NCBI RefSeq assembly: GCF_006345805.1
Contig: NC_043000.1
Span: 162,006,001 to 162,070,000 of the forward strand
Reading direction: 5' to 3'
DNA length: 64,000 nucleotides
DNA from: Octopus sinensis
Taxonomy: Eukaryota
Each line of letters starts with the position of its first letter. Position 1 is the stretch's first letter. Positions 24,245-37,560 of this stretch are shown piece by piece. Under the pieces are notes generated by a model. That model was not told where the DNA came from and did no database searches. It saw only the letters and a list, made by a program, of their open reading frames with translations. A program made the translations under genes and the position numbers.

Positions 24245-26030
24245 CATGGACAAATGTTTTTGAGACATCAGAAAAATAAGAGTCAAAACAAACAAGACAA
24301 ACATCAGAATAAAAAGTCATAACAAACAAGAATAAAAAGTCCACCTCCTCAAAATAAAAACTTTATGAAAATTGGTTTTATATTATCGGAAAAGACAGCT
24401 CGGTTCCTTTTTGTATGATTTGTTTAACAACACTCTGAAATGAAGCGATGGTTCCTAGGAAACTCCAATGTCATTTAATAACAAATCATCCGCAACATAA
24501 GCACAAAGCAAAAGAATACTTTGAGATAATAAAAAATAATTTTAAAATTCAATCAAAAAGGCTGAAGAAATTTCACTCAATTCCCGAGAAAGATTGCCCA
24601 GCTTTTGGTAAAGAAGAAAAAAAACACACATTCTGATGCCAAAAACATTATTTTACCAGACTTGGAGAATGCCGTGGGCACAATGATTAGTGACGAAGCC
24701 GTCAAACGAATTAAGACCATTCCTTTGTCTGCCCATGCGATTTCTCGAAAAATTCAAGACATTTCGCGTGACATTGATGATCAGCTCCGCGAACGTTTCA
24801 CTGAAGCAAAAAAATGAACTCGAAAACTTGGCCTTAAAAGTCAATGAAAGTCCAGACATTAGCAACAAAGCTCAACTAACTTCCTTTCTACGAATCATCA
24901 GAGATAGAAAATCATAAGTCAGTATCTCATTTGTTGTGAAATGAAGGAAAGAACGACAGGGGATGTATTTAACCTGGTAAACCAAAATGTATTGAGAGGG
25001 ATGCAGTGGCAAACTTTTATTAGCATTTGCACTGATCTGCTCCATCCATGCCGGGTCGAAAAAAAAAAGGCTTCACGGCTCATGTATTACAAAATATTCG
25101 CAAATTAAAATTGTACATTGCATGACTCACCTCGAAATTTTGGTGTCAAAATCTCTCCCTCGTGATCTCCCGAAGACGATGGACAACGTTGTTAAAGTGG
25201 TGAATTACATAAAATCGCATTCCCAAGGGTGCAGACTTTTTGCATTCCTATGTGAAACTATGAATCCTGATTTTAAGTGTTTAGTGTTTCATACAGAAGT
25301 TCGATGGCTCTCGAAAGGAAGAGTGCTCTCTCGATTTATCTGTTTGCGAAGTGGAATAATATGTTGCTTCGATGGTGAAAATTCTGGCGATGATAATTGG
25401 TGGCTGGAAGCAGCATTTCTCAACGATCGTTTTGAGAAGTTGATTATTTCAAATTAGAGTCTGTAATGAACTAAAGAAAATATTATTACAATTACAGACA
25501 AATTAAAGTCTTTCACCGACAACTTAGAACTGTGGGTAAGAAAAGTTAAAAACTCGCAGCTTGATTGCTTCCCAGACGTAGAGGCTTTTGCAAACAAATT
25601 TAAATCTTTTATCAGAAGTGCAGAGGACAGTAGGAAATCTCTCTGTATCATTTTCTAAGTATTTTCCATCACTTGATTATTAAATGTACGGGTGGGTCAT
25701 CAAACCTTTCGCAAGATACGGCAGTACACACCTGCCATTAATATTAACAGTCTTGAAAAATGGCCATGTGCACAAAGCCTCATTTTCTGTGCTGGGAGAG
25801 TCAGAATTTTGGATTTCGCTTTGGAGTAAATATCCTCGATTAGCTACGACAGCCGTTAAATCTCTGTTGCCCTTTGGATCATTGTATCTTTACGAATTAG
25901 GCATCTCTGCGCTTATAAAAATAAAGTAAAACTAAAAACAACGGGAAGGATTACAGATGGTAGATGAAGAGTATCTGTTTATCTAATTTCGAACCGCGTT
26001 TTGATAAAATTCTTTCTTAAAATTAATTGC
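24245..26030 (+). mobile_element. Decayed hAT (Charlie/Buster-type) transposase
   Basis: MVPRKLQCHL.T.HP, IPLS...ISRKI, V.ESPDISNKAQL, VVKVVNYIK, FHTEVRWLSKG.VLSR, KYPRL...A.K.LLPF...YL.E.G.SAL; TIRs not found. Confidence 0.88.
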
Positions 26031-26058
26031 GTCCTTTTCACTAAAAAATTACTATTTT

Positions 26059-26126
26059 ATGGCGGTTCCCCAGCATGGCCACAGTTCGTGAGCTGAAACT
26101 AGAATCAATCAATCAATCAATCAATC
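26059..26126 (+). mobile_element. ~45-bp CR1/SINE-B 3' stub with (AATC)n tail
   Basis: ggcggttccccagcatggccacagttcgtgagctgaaac matches the CR1 3' end at 43322-43360 and the SINE-B tail. Confidence 0.7.
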
Positions 26127-26181
26127 ATATATATATATATATATATATATATACTTTATTTAAAAGCAGCAGAAATTCAAC

Positions 26182-26228
26182 AAAATCTGTTACTCGGAGT
26201 TTCACGTTCTAGTTCATCGGACAGTTTT
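26182..26228 (-). ncRNA. Hammerhead-like motif with CCGATGA (U4C) core
   Basis: Minus: AAAACTGT, CCGATGA, ACTAGAACGT, GAA, ACTCCGAGT, A17, ACAGATTTT; in an (AT)n-flanked module. Confidence 0.5.
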
Positions 26229-26374
26229 GTTAAAATAGAACCGATATGACAATTCTATCAAGACTAGTATAAACGTTACACCTTTAAAAATGGACTTCTT
26301 TGATTGGTCCGTTCAAATAACGGTCATATGCGAGCGATAAACAAAAATGAGTTCAATATAAAATATTAAATTAT

Positions 26375-26408
<34 letters not shown>

Positions 26409-26459
26409 TCGTGAGGGTCTAATAAATGGTATCGAAGACAAATGCCGTTGATGATTTAA

Positions 26460-27112
26460 ATAATAATAATAATAATAATTGTGTACAGTGCTCAGGTGCA
26501 CTACAACTCATCTAAAGTGTATATATAATCAGGTGTAGTTTCGACGGATTTCGGGAAGCATGAGGGCCTTAAAGGATGCAGTGTCATGGCAGTCAACAAC
26601 TGATGCAGGCAGTTTATTCCACGCTTCAGCAACCCTGATCGTGAAAAAATGTTTCCGAAAGTCATGGGAGCTGTGCTGTTTTCTGACTTTGTAGGCATGT
26701 CCACGTGTGTTAGACACATGGAGATCAAAAAGGTGTTCAGTGTTGTTGTTGGTGAGGTGGTTGATAACCTTGTGTGTGTTTACCAAGTCCGTCGCCAGAC
26801 GCCGGAGCTTCAGTGAATCCATGCCCAGGGAAACAAGGCGCTCAGAATATGGTAGGTGTCTGATGGAGGGTATGCGTTTGGTTGCACGTCTCTGGACAGA
26901 TTCCAGGAGGTCAATGTTCTGAGCAAGATAGGGATTCCAAACTGATGATACGAATTCCAAGTGTGGTCGTACCATAGCTGTATACAGTTTTAAATAGATG
27001 GCTGGAGAGCGGCTAACAAAAGTCTTGCTGAGTGATGCCAAGACACCCTCGGCCTTCTTGACAATTTTAGAGATATGCTTTGTCCAACGCAAATCACTGC
27101 TGACAGTGATGC
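26460..27112 (-). mobile_element. 5'-truncated CR1-like LINE with intact 3' ORF and (ATT)n tail
   Basis: LYTAMVRPHLEF.SSVWNPY...LESVQRRATK, RGH.YK, RKHFF..RV..AWN.LP; open to its stop. Confidence 0.9.
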
Positions 27113-27424
27113 CTTATAGATAAATATTTATAGATAAATATGTGAGTATAATTGCATATTATATTAATAAAGAAACAATTGTTCGACATTAATCTATCTT
27201 TTCGTTGTATTTCACTTTCCTTACGTTGAAGGTAATGTAATTTATTGGTGGAAACAACTACGGTGGCTATAGCAGAATAAGGAGCTATTTTTAGCACTAG
27301 AGTTAACCACTTAGCGGTAACTCTCTTATATTTATGTATAAATTTGTATTGTCTCCCTGTTTTTTTTTTTTATGTGCTAAGCCACTGATGGTATTATTAA
27401 ATTAATATCTAATTTTCCACCCTC

Positions 27425-27880
27425 ATTTATGAATGTATATATATATATATATATATAAACATATATATATGTATATATACATACATATATACATATGTAT
27501 ATATATATATAATCATATATTATTGTTGCTATAAGAAGAACTTTACTTCTTTTTTTTCATGCTAATAAAATATATCCAATTTTATTGGGATTTTTATTTG
27601 GTGTACCAGAAAATAAATTCTCCTCGTCCAGTGTGTTGTAAGGTAAAAACGTTTGACACACACACACGCACACACATATATATACATCTACATGCATATA
27701 TATATAGACATATACATATATGCATGTATATATACATATATATATATACATATACATATATATACATATTCACATATATACATACATATACATATACATA
27801 TATATACATACATATACACATATATACATGCATATACATATACATATATATATACATATATATACATATATATATATATA

Positions 27881-27930
<50 letters not shown>

Positions 27931-27981
27931 GTGTATATATATATATATTATATATATATATATATATATGTGTGTATATAT

Positions 27982-28024
<43 letters not shown>

Positions 28025-28090
28025 CATATATGCACATACATATATACATATTAGCATACATATATACATATATGCACACACGTATAAATA
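27425..28090. repeat. (AT)n/(ATAC)n microsatellite field
   Basis: Direct reading; interrupted by ~130 bp of non-repeat sequence. Confidence 0.9.
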
Positions 28091-28136
28091 CACATTTCTC
28101 TCTTTTTATTTTCTCTCTCTGTTTATTTCTATGTTC

Positions 28137-28172
28137 CTTTCTGCTGAAGAGCGTAAGCTCGAAATGTAAAAG
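28137..28172 (+). ncRNA. Hammerhead-like motif with CTGCTGA (A6C) core in a PLE terminal-repeat module (~28095-28270)
   Basis: CTTT, CTGCTGA, A, GAGC[GTAA]GCTC, GAA, ATGT, A17, AAAG; same family as 54758-54795. Confidence 0.52.
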
Positions 28173-30385
28173 ACTTTCTGACTTCCGGAGCGTTAAACTA
28201 ATACATCTGTTTGTTGTTTACTCACCCGTTTTCGTCTTTTGTTTATTTGTTTTTGTAAATTCCAACCATATATATACATATATACACACACATATATATA
28301 CATATACATATACACACACATATATATGTATATACCCACACACACACGCACACACATATATATGTGTATATATATATATATATATACACATATATATGCA
28401 TAGACATACACATATATACTTCCTCGTTGACCTATAGATTTTCATGTTTCCATTCATTTTAATCTTGTACCTTCTATGCATCGACCACATGTCACATGAT
28501 CACGACAGATGAAGAGGTTTCTTCCGGAGATGGGGACTAACTGCGACTCTGCTGGAGGGGGTCGCCCTGGGGGGTGACCCGGGAATATACCGACATATGG
28601 AGAATACATTAACGCACTGCAACGGTGCATGCCCACACACTTGCTCTGAATTCTTTAGGATGGATGAGAATCAACAAAGGATGAGGACTGAAGTAATTTG
28701 TGGTCTTCAAGAAGAAGTCTTTGATATATAATTTTGATAATGTTATTCGTGTTTGGTCTCCTTAAGATATCATCAACGATTATGAGTCGAGGTAAGCTAG
28801 GAAACTTTAACTGTATACCGTTTCTGTATAGGGAAGGTATGATGCAAGACTGTTTTTTTTTTATATACCTAATTATTGTGTTAATATTATGCAAGTCTGT
28901 CTGTTTGTCATACGCTTCTGAAATTTCTTTTCTTGGATTTGTTACTATCACTCTGACCATTATTAATACTAATTATGGTAATCTACATAGAATAATTTAT
29001 TTGACATTCCCTGTTTGCCGTCACAGTTCTAGTTCTCTCTGCGTCTACTAGGGATCTCACTGCACTGGTTGCGCATGATTTCAGTTTTTTACTATACACT
29101 GCATAAGTATTTTCTTTAAACTAATGGGCACCTGTGGACGGTACTACTACAATCATAGTATTTTACTCTTTAAACTGTTAACATTTTGACCGATCGCCGC
29201 GTATGTGTTTTATTTATTTTTTTTAACATATTCATTCTGACATCCAAGGTTATCGTCATAAAGAAAGAGTTTATAACAATATTGCAGCATTGCAAATAAT
29301 GCACAATTTCAGTAAACTGATTTGTTTTATTCGATTAGTTACTAGAGATCATAAAATGCCTTAATATTCATCCTGAAAATATCGAACCAAAATGAAGTCG
29401 AATGACGTCAACGTCAGATATTCAAGAGAACATTTTATGCTGAAGAAACTCAGAAACTGATGCTATAAATTAATTTCTTAGTTGTTCAATTAGATTTGAT
29501 TTTAAAATGATTGTCAATACCGAAGCGGAGAGCAGAATCGTTAGAACTTGCCTTTCATCCTTTTGTGATTAATAAAATATGGTACCCGTCAATTGATGGA
29601 GTCGGGTAAGCCCTCCCCTTCAGAATTGATGGCTTCATGCCTTTAAATTTTGCAAATTTTCTGACAAGAATTATTTCATCACTTGAGATTTCTTCCTGAG
29701 GTACCAGGACAGAAACGTATTAGAAGGAGCAATTAAGGGAAAATGTTTGCACTTAATCAACTATAAGGTAAAATATATATGATTCACTTTATTCATTAAA
29801 AAAAATTTTTAATATTCCTTTGAAGAATAATTAATTTTCCAAACTCTATAACACTACGTAGATGTCAGGCAATTTTTCCTGGACAAATATTCCTGTCCAA
29901 AAGTGCGTAATGTTATCGGTTTGAAGTTCTGCTGTATAGTCATTACAGGTGGAGTGAAATGAAATTTGGATGATTAAAATAGTGTGATTAGAGTCGCAGC
30001 TCAGTGAGTGCTGTGAACTTTAAGTCATTATCCAATGGTAACAAAAATAAAAAAAGAAATTCATGAGCGAAAAGACAATATTAGTATATGTTTATAAATG
30101 TTTTAAATTGATTAAACCTTAAAAATAGCCTTTAAACACAGGGAGTAAACGGCAAAATTGCCGGTGCGCATAAATGCCGTAAAGCGAAAATCACACCCAC
30201 CCACCCACCAAAGAAATCCTGTATGCATTCTGTTCTGATGATCCCATGGGCCTGCTAGAGTCCAGTGGGCGGAGCTTTCAACTGATGACACTTGCATCTG
30301 CAAGTTTGCCAATAATAATTCATAATTACCTCCCTTGCAACATGTCTATCTATCTATCTATCTATTCTATCTATCTATCTATCTA

Positions 30386-30426
<41 letters not shown>

Positions 30427-31244
30427 ATGTATTTATGCGTGTGCATGTATACACACAACACACACGTACGCGCGCGCGCGCACTCACACACGCACGTATG
30501 AAGTGGAAAAATCAGAAGACAGAAACAATTAAAGGAGGCGAGGAGGAGATATGAAGAAGCTACTTTGAAAGGCAGAATTAGCAAAACAACACTCTTGATT
30601 CATACTATTTCAAATTCACTTAAATTCCGACATTTATTTCAAACAACCTCGATTTCTTTAAAATTACTTTTTGGTTTTGTTGGCCCTTCTTCCATCTTTA
30701 TCTTCTAAATTGCTTATGATTATCACAATTCAATATAATAAATAGTTTCACTTTTGCTAATGCCTTCAGAACGGCTTTAGATGGATTCAAAACGTTACAC
30801 TTCTCTCCAGCAAATCTCTCTCGTCCTTCTAAATACTAAATGCTTTTGTGCGATCAAAAGTTGTTCGGATCGATACATTTTTTAACCACAACAGATTATC
30901 CTTGCACTAGTTATAAGTATTTGTGTTTACTTCGGTGGGTAACATCTAGCTTTCACAGGATTCAATCAAGAATACTTTCAGCCCAAAAGGAAAACTAAAA
31001 GTTTTAATAAGGGAGGTAACTTCCTTTCAAGGGAAATAATTGTAACATCAATGTATATTGTCTGTTATCTCCCTTGTTTAATTTGAAGTGATTTTGCTCT
31101 TTCCCTCGCTTTTTCATTCTCTCTTTCGTATTTTCTTTTCTTCTTTCCTTCTTTCTTTCTCTCCTAACATGATGAGAGGGAACAATCTAGTCTTCCCACA
31201 GAATAGTTCAAACTATATAAACTTTTTTATTGCTAAAATTCATA

Positions 31245-31512
31245 TAAACAGGAATGGTTGTGTGGTAAGTAGCTTGCTTACCAACCACATGGTTCCGGGT
31301 TCAGTCCCACTGCATGGCACCTTGGGCAAGTGTCTTCTTCTATAGCCCCGGGCCGGCCAAAGCCCTGTGAGTGGATTAGATAGACGGAAACTGAAAGAAG
31401 TCCGTCGTATATACGTATATGTGTGTGTATATATATCTATCTATCTATATATATATAGGTGTGTGTTTATAAGCTTTTGTGTTTACTTCGCTAGGTAGGG
31501 GGACACACACAG

Positions 31513-31596
<84 letters not shown>

Positions 31597-31767
31597 ATAT
31601 ATATATAATATGTGTCTGTGTTTGTGTGTCTGTGTTTGTCCCCCAACATCGCTTGACAAAAGGGACCGATAGACTAGATACTAGAATAAGTCCTGAGGTT
31701 GATTTGCTCGACTAAAGGCGGTGCTCCAGCATGGCTGCAGTCAAATGACTGAAACAAGTAAAAGAGT
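31245..31767 (+). mobile_element. tRNA-headed SINE family B with internal (AT/AC)n microsatellite
   Basis: tggttgtgtggtaag..ggttcagtccc..cttgggcaagtgtctt; tail gcggtgctccagcatggctgcagtcaaatgactgaaac. Confidence 0.9.
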
Positions 31768-32684
31768 ACACACAGACACCCACATAAACGTATGTAGGAG
31801 AGATGTATATGTAGGTGAACATATATTGATGTAATATTTATTTCCCAGTAAAAATAGATTTTGTGTTGAAATACAAAATATTACATTATTTTCCATGAGA
31901 GTACCTCTCATGCGGACTTGGGGGAAATCACGTGATCTGGGAGTTCCGGTGGCCGCAGCCGACCGTTATGGCCCATCGGTGATATAGACATGAGTGCTTA
32001 TATACACCGTAAGTACATACGAGGGGGCCCTCTCGTGCTAAATAACGCAGTATTCGGTGTTCTAACACAATTTCTACTTCTGGTGGGAGATAAATATTGC
32101 TTTTTGGCATTAATACTGTTTGTGTCGTTATTAAAGATTTTTAATATACTTATGTGTACTCATGAGTTGCCGAGTGGTAAAATGTACGCTTCGCAGCCAA
32201 GAAGTCCCATGTTCAATCAAACGGTGAAATAACTTCGGTTTGTGTCTTTTGCAAAGTCTTGGATGTACCGAATTTTGTGACGAAATGTGTCTGCTAATCT
32301 AAAGCCAGTCTTACCTCACACTCTATCACGCTGATAGTAAGAGTATTCGTGTTTGTGGAATACACAGTTGCATTACCAATAATCAACTAGTTGGTCGTCC
32401 GATTCATTAAACATCAGTAATTCTGGACACCGAAACCATTAACTATGCATGCCATGAAAATGTATGTATGTGTATGTATGTATGTATGTATGTATGTATG
32501 GATGGATGCATGGATTGATGCATGTATGTATGTATGCATGTGTGTATGTATGTGTGCATATGTGCATGTGTGTATGTTTGTATGTATGTATGTATGTATG
32601 TATGTATGTATGTATGTATGTATGTATGTATTATGTATGTATGTATGTATGTATGTATGTATGTATGTATGTGTGTGTGACTTG

Positions 32685-33672
32685 TATGCATAGAATTAGG
32701 AAAGCAAGTGTTGCTTTCGGAAGGCTAGAAAAGCGCCTCTGGAGTCGACGAAACATATGCAGAAAGACAAAGATTAAGGTGTACAAGGCATGTGTGCTCC
32801 CTTCTCTTCTCTATGCCTGCGAGACGTGGGTCAAATATCGATACCACCTTAAACAACTGGAACGTTTCCATCAGATGTGTCTCAGACGGATCTATGGCAT
32901 TAAGTGGAAGGACTGCATCAGTGATCTTGAAATACTGGAAGGCTCTCGGTGTGAAAGTATAGAAGCTCTTGTGTTAAAGCAAATGGAGTGGTTATCTGGT
33001 CTGGATGAAGGATTCAAGGATGCCAAAACAACTCTTTTATGGAGAGTTAGCTAAAGGAGAACGATCTCCACATAAACCAAAAAAGAGGTATAAAGACTTG
33101 CTGAAGGCTCCCTTAAAAGATGCTTGCATCTCTCCTGACACATGGGAAGGCATAGCTATTGATCGTAGCAGGTGGAGAAGGATTGTGCACGACGAGACAG
33201 TCATTTCTGAGAAATCTCGAGTGGCATATGAGAAAGTAAGGAGGGATGTCAGGAAGGGCATCGCTGTTACACTTCCAGATGAGAAGGGTCTTCCTATGAT
33301 GCTGACATGCAGTGTCTGTGCAAGACCCTGTCTCAGTAAAGCTGGACTCAAGAGTCATCTTCGAAGTCATAAAGCGAGACAGATGAGTGACAACCTGGCC
33401 ATTGGTGGTGGTGTAACACACCATACTAATCATATCTGTCGGGCATGTGGAAGAGAGTGTAATTCGGCAGGAGGACTTAAACGACATGCAAAGGTACATG
33501 AAGCCCAGTTACAACTACAGCCGGCTATTGGCCGGTAATGGTTTTAGTTGCCAATTTTGTACAAGACATTGTAGATCTTTAGCTGGGCTAAAAAGTCACA
33601 TTCGATCACAGCACCAATAACAGTTAAACTTCGTGCAATGGCCATACTTGATGACGAGGGGGCAGCCATAAT
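32685..33672 (+). mobile_element. 5'-truncated RTE (BovB-like) LINE with three C-terminal C2H2 fingers
   Basis: RIRKASVAFGRL, TKIKVYKACVLPSLLYACETW, RMPKQLFYGEL, DRSRWR; two frameshifts; preceded by (ATGT)n at 32455-32675. Confidence 0.9.
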
Positions 33673-34437
33673 GTATGTATGTATCACTTTTTAAAAAAAA
33701 ACTGTGCACTAACTATTTGCCATCGAGACATCGCGGGTTTCCTGGTTTACTGTTCTCTATGAACTAAGCAAAAAAAAAAAAAAAAAGAAAAAGCAGAAAA
33801 AATAACAGCAGAGCCAAATAGTAAAGAAGTTTGCTTCGTATTCATGACGCCACAAGTTCGATCTGCTTACCCAGCATTTTCAACAATTGTCGTTTACCAT
33901 TGCGCTTACATTGCGTTGAGTCAAACCAAGCATTGTGATGAAAACTGTCGTATTGAGAGTACCTGCAATTCAAAAGTACAGTCTTCTCACACAGTGTATC
34001 ATGATGATTCTATCCAAGGATTACATTAACGGTGCGTGTGCCTGCAAAACGCTCGGCCATTTTTACGCTGATTCAGTGAGTACGTAATTCAGTTGATCGA
34101 ACAAGTGAATCTTCCTCGTTGAAACCGACGGAGATCCATAATTTGTACCCAACAAACAAACAAACAAACACACAAGCAAACAAAGATTTCCATATAACAC
34201 TTGGAATCTGAAGTTATGGTCATATGGATGACTCCAATAGTTTCCCCCATCCGCACACACATTTAAAATACTCTGGTGTGACGAATATTCGACTTTCCGC
34301 TCTTTATTTCACGTATATTATCAAAAAGAAAGGAATATTTTAAATGGTTTATTTAATTAAGAAAGAATAATCTGTTTCATTATACTACACTCTTCCAAGT
34401 GGATTACTTGAAACACTTTCTGGTATCCCACAAGATA

Positions 34438-35636
34438 CGAGCTTCATTTCAGAAGTTCTCAGACTTTTTTTTAGGAGAGGCAGTTATAACCATCCTAGAT
34501 TATTGTAATTTTAGTATATCATTACCATCCATCTAAAAAGCTGATCTGCCAACTTTATTATTCCATAATGAAGGAGATGGCTGTAACAGTACTCTAAATT
34601 CACCCTCACTAAGTTGCAGAATGCAGTCCAAGAAGTGAAGATAATCTGAAATCTCGCTTTGAAATACTCCAGACTGCTTATAGATTAATTTGCATGAGCC
34701 GACCAACTATGTTTTGCTGGCACAAAATCTTCGATGACGATGGAGAGGAGATGAGAGATGATTAGAAATGTGGGAGGGAGAGGGACATCAAAGCATTACA
34801 GTTTGTGAATATTCGCGATTTTCTGGATGAATACCGTCACGTGTTTATAAAGACAATAAACATATAATTCCGGAGTTGGTACGGTATCTGTACGCAGAAT
34901 TATTCATGAAGATCTGAACAAGTGCAAAGTTTGTTCCCAGGGTGTTCAGTGACGAAAAGAAGGAATGACGCTTTGAAGAATATTAGGAAATGGTTGAGCT
35001 CATTAGCTTCAAACTATGAGTGCTTGAGTCTCTTATGACTCGTGACGATAGCTGGATCTACTGCTATGATCCAGAGACCAAGAGATGGATTGCCCACTGA
35101 AAGTACATTGGTTCCAAACAGACCCAAGAAGGCCAGGTAAAGCAACCCTACCGGGAAGTTCATGATGAGCCCCTTTTTCAGCAGCAAAGGGAATCATCTA
35201 TAGATGGTCAACAAAGAGTACTTTGTGGGAATTCAGAAAAAGATTTCGTTGCAAAAGGCCAGAACTCTTCCAGTCGGATCCGTGGTACCTACACCAGGAC
35301 CATTCCTCAGTCCACATTTCTATCTGGGTAACCAACTACTTAACAGAAACAGAAATCAGAACAGTTCCTCACCTTCCCTACTGTCCCAACCTTGTTCCTT
35401 GCGACATTTGCAGAAGGAGAAGCTCGTGGGCATTCGTTTTAAAGACACTGAGAAGATGAAAAGTCCGGGATACGTTCACTTTGAAGGACTTCCATTGAGT
35501 TTTCACGAAATTCCTTGAGCGCTGCACATGTGCATTGAACTTCGAGGATCCTACTTTGAAGGAAATTAGTTTTGTATTCTTTCAAATTAATAAATGTCGT
35601 TCCTGAAACGTCTCAAAACTTCTGGAATGCACCATG
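34438..35636 (+). mobile_element. Full-length decayed mariner (second family)
   Basis: Diverged ~33-bp TIRs inside TA (34436-37, 35637-38); FVPRV, DDSWIYCYDPETK, HQDHSSVH, PHLPYCPNLVPCD. Confidence 0.8.
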
Positions 35637-35689
35637 TAAGACGTATTTCATAAAATCTTTTCTTTTTCTATTAATGTTAGATCAAGGAC

Positions 35690-35965
35690 TGTGACTCTGC
35701 TGGGCATTGCCGATTGATGTGGCTGAGAACTTTCCTTAATCCTTCTTTAATAGTTGGCATTTGGTGAATGAGGGAGTTTAGTGCTGCTGCACTCATTTCC
35801 ACTTCCTACCGTGAAGTTGGCTCATCTGGAACTCCTGACAATAGGAGATCCAGTTTAGTTCTGAACATATCTACATCCACACCATGTAAGTCTGACATCT
35901 CCTTCGGTAGGATATCGAAGTGCTGTAGGCCCTCGAATCCCAAGCTATTGCTGCATCTGGTCGGA
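35690..35965 (-). mobile_element. CR1-like 3' fragment (same family as 9271 and 43322)
   Basis: NSLGFEG.Q.FDILPK..DLHGVDVD.FRTKLDLLLSGVPDEPT. Confidence 0.8.
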
Positions 35966-36006
35966 GAAAAAATGGTGAAAACTATTTTAAAATAATTTAT
36001 CATATA

Positions 36007-36168
36007 GGCGCAGGAGTGGCTGTGTGGTAAGTAGCTTGCTTGCCAACCACATGGTTCCGGGTTCAGTCCCACTGCGTGGCATCTTGGGCAAGTGTCTTCT
36101 GCTATAGCCTCGGGCCGACCAATGCCTTGTGAGTGGATTTGGTAGACGGAAACTGAAATAAGCCTGTC

Positions 36169-36209
<41 letters not shown>

Positions 36210-36420
36210 AGTATGTGTGTGTGTCTGTGTTTGTCCCCCTAGCATTGCTTGACAACCGATGCTGGTGCGTTTACGTCACCGTCACTTAGCGGTTCGGCAA
36301 AAGAGACCGATAGAATAACTACTGGGCTTACAAAGAATAAGTTCCGGGGTCGATTTGCTCGACTAAAGGTGGTGCTCCAGCATGGCCGCAGTCAAAATGA
36401 CTGAAACAAATAAAAGAGTA
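36007..36420 (+). mobile_element. SINE family B; an older inverted 3' half abuts it at 36421-36590
   Basis: Same head, body and tail as 31245 and 51871. Confidence 0.9.
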
Positions 36421-36750
36421 AATATACTCTTTAACCTGTGTTAGATGTTGAACTGCGGCTATACTGAAGCTCTGCTTTGTACGCTAACCGAACAAAAGGA
36501 CTGAATACTTATTTTAAGTCTGGTATTTATTCTATCGGAGTCTTTTTTGCCGAACCGAAGTTTCAGAGATGTAAGTAAACCAGCACGCAATCTTTTTTCC
36601 TTCATTGAACGTTATTAAAATTAGGGTAACCTTGGTTGTCTGTTGTACATATTTATAGGTCTCGTGATGTTTAGAAAATTGTCTACTGACAAATTTAGTA
36701 GGTTTGGAGGCAGTAGTTCTGAAACGTAACATAAGGACAATGACTAGAAA

Positions 36751-37107
36751 TGTTTATATATAAAGCTGAAGTTGTCTGTGTGTGTGTGGCAGGTTTGGTA
36801 GCCTTCAACTAACACTGTCTCCTCTGAGACCCTGTGGCGCAAGTTCACCAAAATTGAAAGTATGATAGAAGAAGGCTTGCTCTTCATTCCGTAGAAGAAA
36901 AAAATATTTACATCAAAAAGGTGCTTTTATTCTATGAAAATCCCTACTTTTTACGATTTTTTGACTGCTGTGTCTCCATTTTTCAACCAGAAAACTGTTC
37001 ACTTAAAGAGAATAACAAGCTACATAATGCAAAATTTTTACTTTTCAAAAATTCCAATTCTAAAAGGTAGAAAAAAAACCCCGAGCAACGCCGGGTTATA
37101 CTGCTAG
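36751..37107 (+). mobile_element. Non-autonomous Helitron (ends shared with 6448-6755, different interior)
   Basis: A|TGTTTATATATAAAG...CCCGAGCAACGCCGGG...CTAG|T. Confidence 0.8.
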
Positions 37108-37560
37108 TTAAATAATAAAACAAAAAGCGGTCCTCCTTAAGAATCATCATCCTAGTTTCTTGCAAGGTGATATGATGATACTTCAGCTGTGATATCCTTT
37201 GGTGATGAGACTTCAGGTGGCAACACCTGGGTCGATGATAACGTTTTAGTTGGAGGCGAGGTAATCTTAAAAGACTGATACAATTCACTGACACTTCACC
37301 ATCATCGCCGACAGCGTCCAACTCCACAAACATCGGCACAACTACTACAACCACTGCCACCATCATCATCAACACCAACCAGCATCACATTCAAAGTACT
37401 ATCTACATGGTCGCTCGTCTTGCTCGAAATAACGTGTTAAATAATAATTATATATTCAAATGTTGACCTGATATAGAAGAAGACGAGATAATCACGCCCA
37501 CAAAATCTTTGATCATAGATCTGCTTAACCAAAGCTGATATCAGGCTCAACAACAACAGC

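Noticed and set aside
28500-28640. GC-rich patch with a 9-bp hairpin (gggtcgccc tgg gggtgaccc)
   Set aside because: Single hairpin with no recognisable RNA family and no second copy in the window
30231-30290. Two CTGATGA motifs 47 bp apart (hammerhead or C/D snoRNA candidate)
   Set aside because: No GAAA or stem III partner; box C lacks the leading purine, the terminal stem is only 4 bp, and there is no host intron or recognisable target
37130-37400. Ser/Thr/Pro-rich open stretch resembling an exon
   Set aside because: Weak splice sites, no homology recognised, and it grades into a simple repeat
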